This document shows positions 12,656 through 19,323 of a stretch of DNA of 64,000 nucleotides, piece by piece (the first letter of the stretch is position 1; each line of letters begins with the position of its first letter). This stretch comes from Caulobacteraceae bacterium (GTDB taxonomy: Bacteria > Pseudomonadota > Alphaproteobacteria > Caulobacterales > Caulobacteraceae). The stretch covers positions 202,021-266,020 of the forward strand of contig CANJPZ010000001.1 of assembly GCA_947476325.1 (NCBI GenBank), read 5' to 3'. Under the pieces are notes generated by a model. That model saw only the letters and a program-made list of their open reading frames with translations, was not told where the DNA came from and made no database searches. The translations under genes and the position numbers were made by a program.

Positions 12656-13791
12656 CGCTCGATCAGCCGCTCATAGATCATCGACAGCGCCTCGATATCA
12701 GCGACCGGCACGGCCTCATCAACCATGTGCATGGTCGCGCCCACCAGGCCCAGTTCGACAACCGGGCAGAGCTTGCGGATGAAGCGCGCGTCGGAAATGC
12801 CGCCGGTGGTGGACAGCTCCGGCGCTGTTCCGGTCACATCGGCGATGGCGCCCGCGCAGACATCCACAAAATCACCCGGCTCGGTGATGAAGGCGTTGCC
12901 GGTCAGGGCGGGGACCAGAGAGATGTGACCGTCGAAGCCTACGCCCGCCAGACGGCATTCCTCCTCCAGCCAGGCGATCAGGCTTTCACCGTCGTGGGCG
13001 GGATTGAAGCGGATGTTGAGCCGCGCGGTCACGCGCGCCGGGATGACGTTGGTGGTCGGATTGCCAACGTCGATGGTGGTCACTTCCAGGTTCGAGACTG
13101 GAAAACGCGGATAACCATCGTCCAGCACCCGGCTTTGCAGCACGTCCAGCAGGCGGATCATCACCGGCAACGGATTGAGGGCCAGGTGTGGATAGGCCAC
13201 ATGCCCCTGTTTGCCCTCGACGGTGATCACGGCGTTCAGGCTGCCGCGCCGGCCGATCTTCAGCTGGTCGCCCAGACGCGCCGCCGAGGTCGGCTCGCCC
13301 AGAACACAGTGATCGACGGCCTCGCCTTCCGCCATCAGGGCCTCGACCACCGGTCCGGTGCCATCGATGGCCACGCCTTCTTCATCGCCGGTGATCAGGA
13401 ACGACAGCGAGCCCTTTACGGCGCCCCGCGCGCTGGCCCGCGCCGCCGCGGCGGCGAAGGCGGCGATGGCGCTCTTCATGTCGGCGGCGCCGCGCCCGAT
13501 CAGCCAGCCATCCTCGACCACAGCCGCGAACGGGTCATGCCGCCAGCCGGCCGCATCCCCCACTGGCACGACGTCGGTATGACCGGCGAAACACAGGTTT
13601 GGCGCGGCCGTGCCCAGGCGCGCATAAAGGTTCTCGATTTCGCCGAACCTCATGCGCCGGCAGGCAAACCCAAGGGATGTCAGGGCGTTTTCCAGCACCT
13701 CCATGGCCCCTGCGTCCGCCGGGGTCACCGAGGGGCGGCGGATCAGGTCGCGGGCAAGGGCGAGGGCGTCAAGGCTCATGGCCGCCGTCAT
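12631..13791 (-). CDS. dapE: Succinyl-diaminopimelate desuccinylase DapE
   Basis: M20 peptidase motifs ([23 protein letters not shown]). Its 3' end overlaps truA by 25 nt (convergent). Confidence 0.92.
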   Translation of the reverse strand: MTAAMSLDALALARDLIRRPSVTPADAGAMEVLENALTSLGFACRRMRFGEIENLYARLGTAAPNLCFAGHTDVVPVGDAAGWRHDPFAAVVEDGWLIGRGAADMKSAIAAFAAAAARASARGAVKGSLSFLITGDEEGVAIDGTGPVVEALMAEGEAVDHCVLGEPTSAARLGDQLKIGRRGSLNAVITVEGKQGHVAYPHLALNPLPVMIRLLDVLQSRVLDDGYPRFPVSNLEVTTIDVGNPTTNVIPARVTARLNIRFNPAHDGESLIAWLEEECRLAGVGFDGHISLVPALTGNAFITEPGDFVDVCAGAIADVTGTAPELSTTGGISDARFIRKLCPVVELGLVGATMHMVDEAVPVADIEALSMIYERLIERYFAAFPG

Positions 13792-13935
13792 AATGCGCTT
13801 TTCCGCCGAGAGGAAATCGGAGCCGCGCCAAAATCAGGTCCTGGGCGCCGCTAAAGGAAAACTGTGGACGAAAGCCACCTTAGGTATTGCCCCGATGGCG
13901 CGCAGGTACGACCGTTGGTTTATTGAGTCGGACTT

Positions 13936-13961
13936 GGAACTTCTTTGGCGCCTGGATCGTT
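13936..13961 (+). promoter_or_regulatory. EcfG/SigT-type general stress promoter (perfect GGAAC-N17-CGTT)
   Basis: GGAAC at 13936-13940, 17-nt spacer, CGTT at 13958-13961. Intergenic, and oriented toward the small ORF starting at 14018. Confidence 0.5.
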
Positions 13962-13975
13962 TCCAAGCGTCGACG

Positions 13976-13997
13976 TAAAAAGGGCCCTGACGGGCCC
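13976..13997 (-). terminator. Rho-independent terminator candidate (minus strand)
   Basis: GGGCCC-gtca-GGGCCC followed by TTTTT on the minus strand, 146 nt downstream of the cysQ-like stop. Confidence 0.45.
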
Positions 13998-14017
13998 GAT
14001 CCTTAAGGACCTTCGCC

Positions 14018-14146
14018 ATGCGCAGTGCCGCCCGCCGCCAAAATCCGTTTGCATTTCTTGGGTCAATGGTCTGGGTCGCTGTCGCGTCCTTTGTCGCCGG
14101 CTTTGCCGGTTTCCTGATTTTCGGCGCGACCCTCGGCCCGAACTAG
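14018..14146 (+). CDS. Candidate 42-aa single-TM small protein (absent from the supplied ORF track)
   Basis: MRSAARRQNPFAFLGSMVWVAVASFVAGFAGFLIFGATLGPN. AAGGA lies 8 nt upstream of the ATG, GC3 is about 69%, and the GGAAC-N17-CGTT promoter ends 56 nt upstream. The stop shares CTAG with the convergent cysQ-like gene. Confidence 0.45.
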   Translation: MRSAARRQNPFAFLGSMVWVAVASFVAGFAGFLIFGATLGPN

Positions 14147-14913
14147 CCGTCGCCGCGCGCCACAAACCAGCCATTGCGAAAGCCTTCGTTGGCCTTGCCA
14201 TATGCGACGGTCTGCCCGTCAGGCGAGCGGACGGTGCCGCCGGCGGCCTCCAGCACCGCGTGTCCGGCGGCGATGTCCCATTCCATCGTCGGGCCGTGGC
14301 GCGGATAGATGTCGGCGTCGCCCTGGGCGATAATGCAAAGCTTGATCGACGAATCCATCGGCTGGCGCTGATGGAATTCGTACTGCTTGGCCAGGGCGTC
14401 GGCGGTTTCGACCCTCATGGTGTGACTGATCAGGGCCATGGCCTCGCCCATGGGCCAGCGCCGCACCCGGACCGGCGCTTCGGGAGCTGTCGGGCCCCGG
14501 CGCATGGCGCCCGCACTGGTTGTGAACCAGGTCTGGCCCAGGGCTGGTGCATTAACGGCGCCCGCGACCGGGCGATTGTTCTCGATCAGGCCGATGTTGA
14601 CCGTGAAATGCGGATCGCCGCGGACAAAGGCCTTGGTGCCGTCCACCGGGTCCACCAGGAAGAACCGCGGGCCGATCGCATCGGGGGTGCCGAACTCGCT
14701 GGCGTCTTCCTCGGAAATCACCGGAACGCCGGGAAAGCGTTCGGCCAGGCGTTTCAGGATCAGGACTTCCCCTTGCCGGTCGGCTTCGGTGACCGGACTC
14801 ATGTCGGCCTTGGAGTCGACGGTCAGGACGGTTCGCCACAGGGGCAGGATCAGGGCTGCGGCTTCTTCGACGATGTCGGCGAGGATCCGGCCAGTGTCGG
14901 CGCTGCTTGTCAT
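14143..14913 (-). CDS. cysQ: Inositol monophosphatase family protein, CysQ-like 3'(2'),5'-bisphosphate nucleotidase
   Basis: Motifs VTEADR, LVDPVDGT and WDIAAGHAVLEAAGG. Confidence 0.8.
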   Translation of the reverse strand: MTSSADTGRILADIVEEAAALILPLWRTVLTVDSKADMSPVTEADRQGEVLILKRLAERFPGVPVISEEDASEFGTPDAIGPRFFLVDPVDGTKAFVRGDPHFTVNIGLIENNRPVAGAVNAPALGQTWFTTSAGAMRRGPTAPEAPVRVRRWPMGEAMALISHTMRVETADALAKQYEFHQRQPMDSSIKLCIIAQGDADIYPRHGPTMEWDIAAGHAVLEAAGGTVRSPDGQTVAYGKANEGFRNGWFVARGDG

Positions 14914-14975
14914 GAGCCGTTTCCTGACATGCCCCGCGCCTTTCCCAAAGCGGCAAATCAGGCCAATTCAGGTCC

Positions 14976-15626
14976 ATGACCGAGACCGCGCCCGCCTTGC
15001 CACGCCCCGCCGAACTGGCCGCCCTGCTGGCCGCCAAGCTGTGTCACGACCTGATCAGCCCAACCAGCGCCATCGTCTCCGGCGTTGATCTGATCGAGGA
15101 CCCGGAAAGCCAGGACATGCGCGAAGACGCCATGGGCCTGATCGTTTCATCCTCGCGCAAACTCGGCGCCCTGCTGCAGTTCTGCCGCGTGGCATTTGGC
15201 GCCTCGGCTTCGGCCGACACCTTTGACGTTCGCGATCTGAAAAAACTGTCCGAGGGCCTGTATGAGACGCAGAAGGCCGAACTCGACTGGGCGGTGACGC
15301 CGGAAAGCGCCAGCAAGCCGGCGGCGCGGACCATGCTAAATCTTGTTCAACTGGCGGCCGGCGCCCTTCCGCGTGGCGGGAACGCCCGTCTTGAAGTCGA
15401 AGAAGAAGGCCACAACCTGCGTCTGTCGGTCATCTCGACCGGCCTGCGCGCCACTCTGCGACCCGAGATCATTCAAGGCCTGGACGGTCAGGCCATGGGC
15501 GAAGGTCTCGCTGGCCACTGGGTCCAGGCCTACTACCTGTCACTGATCGTGGCGGATGCCGGCGGAACGATCAGTCACGAGGCCGGCGACGAGCGGGTTG
15601 TCATCGCGGTGACATTGCCGGCCTGA
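14976..15626 (+). CDS. chpT: Histidine phosphotransferase ChpT
   Basis: LAAKLCHDLISPTSAIVSGVDLIEDP (phospho-His region) and a degenerate HK-like C-terminal domain. By recall it resembles Caulobacter ChpT closely. Confidence 0.85.
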   Translation: MTETAPALPRPAELAALLAAKLCHDLISPTSAIVSGVDLIEDPESQDMREDAMGLIVSSSRKLGALLQFCRVAFGASASADTFDVRDLKKLSEGLYETQKAELDWAVTPESASKPAARTMLNLVQLAAGALPRGGNARLEVEEEGHNLRLSVISTGLRATLRPEIIQGLDGQAMGEGLAGHWVQAYYLSLIVADAGGTISHEAGDERVVIAVTLPA

Positions 15627-15699
15627 CGCAGAAAATATCCGCGTATTCTCACCCTCCCTTAACCCTGAGGGGGTCATAGAGGCGCCTCTGGATTGAGGA

Positions 15700-16080
15700 G
15701 TGCGCCTCTTGATAAGGACCTGTCTTGTGGTCGATGACAGCCGGGTGATCCGCAAGGTCGCCGGCCGTATTATCGAAGACATGGGCTATGAAGTCGCCGA
15801 GGCTGGCGACGGCATGGAGGCGCTTGCCTGGTGCCGCGCCGCTATGCCCGACGCTATCCTGCTGGACTGGAACATGCCGGTGATGAACGGCATCGAATTT
15901 CTCAAGGCCCTGCGGGCCGAGCCCGAGGGCAAGACCCCCAATGTGGTCTTCTGTTCGGTGGAAAACGACCCGGCTCGCATTGCCGAGGCGCTGGACGCAG
16001 GCGCTGACGAGTACATCATGAAACCCTTCGACGGCGAAATCATCCTGTCCAAGCTGTCGATGGTCGGGGCCGCCCGATGA
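15700..16080 (+). CDS. Single-domain CheY-like response regulator
   Basis: VVDDSRVIRK...ILLDWNMPVMNGIEF...DEYIMKPF. The track start is a GTG at 15700. The TTG at 15709, 8 nt after GAGGAG, is an alternative start. Confidence 0.9.
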   Translation: MRLLIRTCLVVDDSRVIRKVAGRIIEDMGYEVAEAGDGMEALAWCRAAMPDAILLDWNMPVMNGIEFLKALRAEPEGKTPNVVFCSVENDPARIAEALDAGADEYIMKPFDGEIILSKLSMVGAAR

Positions 16081-16901
16081 CGCCGGACGATGCCGAAGCC
16101 CTCAAGATGATGGTCCAGTCGCGCTCGGGCGTACTGGTCAACGCGGACAACACCTATCAGATCGAAAGCCGACTTGGGCCAATCGCGCGCCGTGAAGGCA
16201 AGGCCTCGGTCGATGAGCTGATTGCCGCCATCCGCTCGAACCGCGACGAGCGGCTGATGTGGGCCGTCACCGAAGCCATGGTTAACACCGAGTCCTGGTT
16301 CTTCCGCGACTCCGAGCCGTTTGACCGGTTGCGCAAGGATATCCTGCCGCGACTTGCCGCGGCACGATCGCGGCCCATACGGATTTGGTCGGCCTCGTGC
16401 GCGGGCGGTCAGGAAGCGTATTCCCTGGCCATGGCGGTCGCCGAGGAGCGCCCGTCGCTGGGCGATGCGCGGATCGAGCTGTTCGGATCGGACATTTCGG
16501 AAGCCTGCATCCACAAGGCCCAGTCTGGTCTGTACAACCCGTTCGAAGCCCAGCGCGGCCTGCCGATCCGCATGTTGCTGCGTTATTTCGAGAAGCAGGA
16601 TGAAATGTGGAAGGCGCGGTCCGATCTGGCCGGCGCATTGCGCTGGCGACGGATCAACCTGTTGTCGGACCTGACGCCGCTTGGCACCATGGATGTCATC
16701 TTCTGCCGTAACACGGTCAACGCCTTTGACAGGAGCTCGCGCCGGCGTGTGCTGGAACAGTTCCGGGGATTGCTGGTCGAAGACGGCTATCTGTTTCTCG
16801 GCCTGGACGAGGGCGCCGACGATATCGAAGGTTTCTATCCTGCCGCCGGTCTGCCTGGCGTCTATACCCGAACACCTGATCGCCAGGTCGAGGCTGCCTA
16901 A
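16077..16901 (+). CDS. CheR-type protein-glutamate O-methyltransferase
   Basis: CheR N-terminal helical domain plus SAM-binding block (IWSASCAGGQEAYSLAM, VIFCRN). ATGA overlap with the REC gene. Confidence 0.88.
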   Translation: MTPDDAEALKMMVQSRSGVLVNADNTYQIESRLGPIARREGKASVDELIAAIRSNRDERLMWAVTEAMVNTESWFFRDSEPFDRLRKDILPRLAAARSRPIRIWSASCAGGQEAYSLAMAVAEERPSLGDARIELFGSDISEACIHKAQSGLYNPFEAQRGLPIRMLLRYFEKQDEMWKARSDLAGALRWRRINLLSDLTPLGTMDVIFCRNTVNAFDRSSRRRVLEQFRGLLVEDGYLFLGLDEGADDIEGFYPAAGLPGVYTRTPDRQVEAA

Positions 16902-16904
16902 AGG

Positions 16905-17705
16905 CTAAAGGTCACCATCCCAGCCAAAGGCGGGCGGGCGTTTTTCCAGAAAAGCAGCGCGGCCCTCCGCGAAATCGGGGCCTGAAAATGACTCGATTGA
17001 AATCGCGCGGGTCGTGGCGTCGTCAAAGGCCTGACCATCCAGGGCGCGCCGGATCATGCGTTTGGCCTGGCGAATGGACCACTGGGAGTTGGCGCAAAGA
17101 ACCCCCGCTTTTGCGTTCACGGCGTCAGCCAACTCCGCCGGTGCGAAAAGCCTGTCGACCAGACCGAGAACCAGGGCTTCGGCAGCGGGCGCGATCCGGC
17201 CGGTGAACAAAAGATCCCGGGCGGCGGAGGCCCCGACGGCATCGACCAGCAGCCGGGTATCGAACATGTTGTAGGTGATCCCCAGCTTGGCGGGCGTGAT
17301 GCCCAGCTGCGCGTCGTCGGCTGCCAACCTGATGTCGCAGGCCAGCGCCATGGCCATGCCGCCGCCGATACAAAACCCTTCGATGGCGGCGATGCTCGGC
17401 TTGGCCATGGTCGATAATGCTGCAAGTCCATCGTGTACGGCGGCGGCGTAACGGCCGATACCTTCGCGGGTGGCGAACACGGCCTCGAACTCGGCGATGT
17501 CGGCGCCCGCGGCGAAGTGTCCGCCCGATCCGCGCACAATCAGAACCTTGACCCCAGACTCAGCGTCCACCGCCGCCGCAACCTCAGCCAGGGCCAGCCA
17601 CATGGCCTGGTTCAGGGCGTTGCGACGGGCCGGACGATCAAGCGTGAGCGTTGCGCGATCCCCGGCAAAATCCAGACAAAGGGCGCCATCGGCAAAGGTC
17701 GGCAT
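16905..17705 (-). CDS. Enoyl-CoA hydratase/isomerase family protein
   Basis: Crotonase fold motifs (RGSGGHFAAGADI, AAIEGFCIGGGMAMALACD). Confidence 0.88.
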   Translation of the reverse strand: MPTFADGALCLDFAGDRATLTLDRPARRNALNQAMWLALAEVAAAVDAESGVKVLIVRGSGGHFAAGADIAEFEAVFATREGIGRYAAAVHDGLAALSTMAKPSIAAIEGFCIGGGMAMALACDIRLAADDAQLGITPAKLGITYNMFDTRLLVDAVGASAARDLLFTGRIAPAAEALVLGLVDRLFAPAELADAVNAKAGVLCANSQWSIRQAKRMIRRALDGQAFDDATTRAISIESFSGPDFAEGRAAFLEKRPPAFGWDGDL

Positions 17706-17761
17706 TAAAGGCTCCGGGCAAGACGGCCCTGCGTTAAACCGCCTGTCTGGCTCGCGCCAAC

Positions 17762-17788
17762 AAAAAACCCTGCCGGGGGGCGGCAGGG
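17762..17788 (-). terminator. Rho-independent terminator of the entericidin-like gene
   Basis: Minus strand: CCCTGCCG-ccccc-CGGCAGGG followed by TTTTTT. Confidence 0.7.
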
Positions 17789-17817
17789 TTCTAGGCAGAT
17801 GGTTCGGGCCGACCGGA

Positions 17818-17952
17818 TTATTTTGCGTCCTGAGCAGCGTCCTCGACCGCTGCGCCAGCGACTTTCACGTCCTTCCCGCCGCCTTCAACAGTGTTGCAGG
17901 CGGCGGTAGCCAGAACGGCGATAGCGGCGGCGAAAATGATAATCTTGCGCAT
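17818..17952 (-). CDS. Entericidin A/B family lipoprotein
   Basis: 44 aa: MRKIIIFAAAIAVLATAACNTVEGGGKDVKVAGAAVEDAAQDAK. Lipobox plus the CNTVEG...G..VE motif typical of EcnA/B. GGA RBS upstream. Confidence 0.8.
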   Translation of the reverse strand: MRKIIIFAAAIAVLATAACNTVEGGGKDVKVAGAAVEDAAQDAK

Positions 17953-17981
17953 GACTGTCCTCTTTGAATGTGTGTCCTGAC

Positions 17982-18006
17982 AATGCTCAGCTCGACTCAA
18001 GGTTCC
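17982..18006 (-). promoter_or_regulatory. Near-consensus EcfG-type promoter candidate (GGAAC-N16-CATT) upstream of the entericidin gene
   Basis: Minus strand reads GGAACcttgagtcgagctgagCATT, with the -10 ending 29 nt before ATG 17952. One mismatch (A for G) at a conserved -10 position. Confidence 0.3.
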
Positions 18007-18532
18007 CTTTGGCCGCCAGTGGATCAGCAACCGGGAACGTCAAAAGGGCCGTAAGGCCACCCGTATCGCTGGCGCTGAACACGACCGTTCCGCCCAGTTG
18101 TCGAGCAAAGGCTGCCATCAATACCCCGCCGACGCCCTTGCGAACCCGCGCAAGCGCGCCGTCCGGATCGCCGTCGCCAGAGTCTTCGATTTCAAGGCGG
18201 GCCTGTTGGCTGTCGGCTGAAAACCGGATGAACAGCTTGCCGCCGCGACCATGGAAGGCGTGCTTCTGGGCGTTGGTGATCGCCTCGACGGCAAACAAGG
18301 CCAGGGGGCCAGACGATCAGGGTCCACCGACAAATGGTCGGCCGTCAGATTTGTATCCACGGCATGGCCCCGTAAAGACTCGGACATCACCAGTTGCGCT
18401 GTCAGGTCTTCCAGGAAGGACTTGAGGTCCTTCCTGCCGAAGGTTGGGGCCCTGGTAGAGGGTGCGGTAAATCAGGGCGATGGCGGCGATTCTCTGCCGG
18501 ATATCGTCAAGGGTCTCGCGGTCGATCAACAA
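17987..18532 (-). pseudogene. Decayed HisKA_2-type sensor histidine kinase (5'-truncated, at least two frameshifts)
   Basis: Three consecutive minus-strand frames read: DRETLDDIRQRIAAIALIYRTLYQGPNLRQ, then DLKSFLEDLTAQLVMSESLRGHAVDTNLTADHLSVDPDRLAP, then LALFAVEAITNAQKHAF...RLEIEDSGDGDP...GGTVVFSAS. The frame changes lie near 18420 and in the G5 run at 18306-18310. No H-box (HRxKN) occurs in any frame upstream. Confidence 0.7.
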
Positions 18533-18881
18533 AGGCCGCGACGATGGTTGCGACAAGGGCGGGATTGCGAATGGCCAGAATGCCGGCCGCGACGGCTGCG
18601 CCCACCGCCAGCAAGGGCTTCTCACGGGCGATCTCGAGCAACCGCGCGATCAGGCCCGCGTCATCATCACGCGGCTGCGCCTTGGGACGCATTCCCGCCA
18701 GGATGAAGCCAAGCAGGATGACAATGATGAACGCCACGGCGACAATCGCCGCCGCCCCGGCAGTTCCCAGTGCAGGCGCGAGCGCTGCGAACAGGGCGAT
18801 CGCCACCGCCGTCACGGCAATGACGACGCCCGTGGACAGGGCCACGATCGCAATGAGGGCTGCCAGCGATTTTTTCAGCAT
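18507..18881 (-). CDS. Small multi-TM membrane protein co-transcribed with the DUF883 gene (YqjE/holin-X-like context)
   Basis: MLKKSLAALIAIVALSTGVVIAVTAVAIALF... with 2-3 TM segments. The ATG overlaps the stop of the upstream DUF883 gene (ATGA). The family assignment is tentative. Confidence 0.65.
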   Translation of the reverse strand: MLKKSLAALIAIVALSTGVVIAVTAVAIALFAALAPALGTAGAAAIVAVAFIIVILLGFILAGMRPKAQPRDDDAGLIARLLEIAREKPLLAVGAAVAAGILAIRNPALVATIVAAFVDRPRDP

Positions 18882-19204
18882 CAGCGGCGGCGACCGATCA
18901 ACATGCCGAGCAGAAGACCGATGCCGGCAGCGGCGAGAAGGCCGGTCATCGGCCGTTCCCGCACCTTGTCGGCGACCTCGTTGCGGGCGCCATCAAGCGA
19001 TCGTGCGGCGGTATCGACATAGGTCCTGGTATGGCTTCGCAGCGCTTCGACACCGTCATGAAGCGCGCCTTCGGCGCGCTTTGCGGCATGCTCGGCGCGA
19101 TGCGCCAGGTCACTGATCTTGCGGTCCGCCTGTTCGGCAAGTCCGTTCGCGGCCTTGTCGATCTTGCTGGCCTTGGGGGTAGCGGATGCGGATTCGATGG
19201 TCAT
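18881..19204 (-). CDS. DUF883 (ElaB/YqjD) family membrane-anchored stress protein
   Basis: Helical N-terminal region and the typical C-terminal anchor ERPMTGLLAAAGIGLLLGMLIGRRR. ATG 19204 has GGAG 7 nt upstream. Confidence 0.85.
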   Translation of the reverse strand: MTIESASATPKASKIDKAANGLAEQADRKISDLAHRAEHAAKRAEGALHDGVEALRSHTRTYVDTAARSLDGARNEVADKVRERPMTGLLAAAGIGLLLGMLIGRRR

Positions 19205-19238
19205 GGAAATCTCCGGCGTGGGGGTGGGGGACGCCGAC

Positions 19239-19263
19239 GGAACGAACAATTACAGCTGAGGTT
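19239..19263 (+). promoter_or_regulatory. Opposite-strand near-consensus EcfG-type promoter (GGAAC-N16-GGTT) facing the HWE kinase gene
   Basis: Plus strand reads GGAACgaacaattacagctgaGGTT. It occupies the same DNA as the minus-strand promoter because the element is near-palindromic (GGAACG...GGTTCC). Confidence 0.3.
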
Positions 19264-19265
19264 CC
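19241..19265 (-). promoter_or_regulatory. EcfG/SigT-type general stress promoter (perfect GGAAC-N16-CGTT) for the DUF883 operon
   Basis: Minus strand reads GGAACctcagctgtaattgttCGTT. The -10 ends 36 nt before ATG 19204. Confidence 0.6.
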
Positions 19266-19323
19266 CCTTGTCACGTCGAATTCCTATCGCGATCCTGGAT
19301 TGCTGCGCTATTATGTCGCGTCC

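Noticed and set aside
13834-14019. The 61-aa minus-strand ORF in the dapE-cysQ spacer.
   Set aside because: It has low GC3 and no RBS, it reads straight through the terminator hairpin, and its composition (RSRRQRSSKS) looks non-coding.
19186-19323. The track start codon at 19186 for the HWE kinase.
   Set aside because: It would overlap the divergent DUF883 gene start (19204) and read through the shared promoter region. The extra residues (MRIRWSWKSPAWGWG...) look non-coding.
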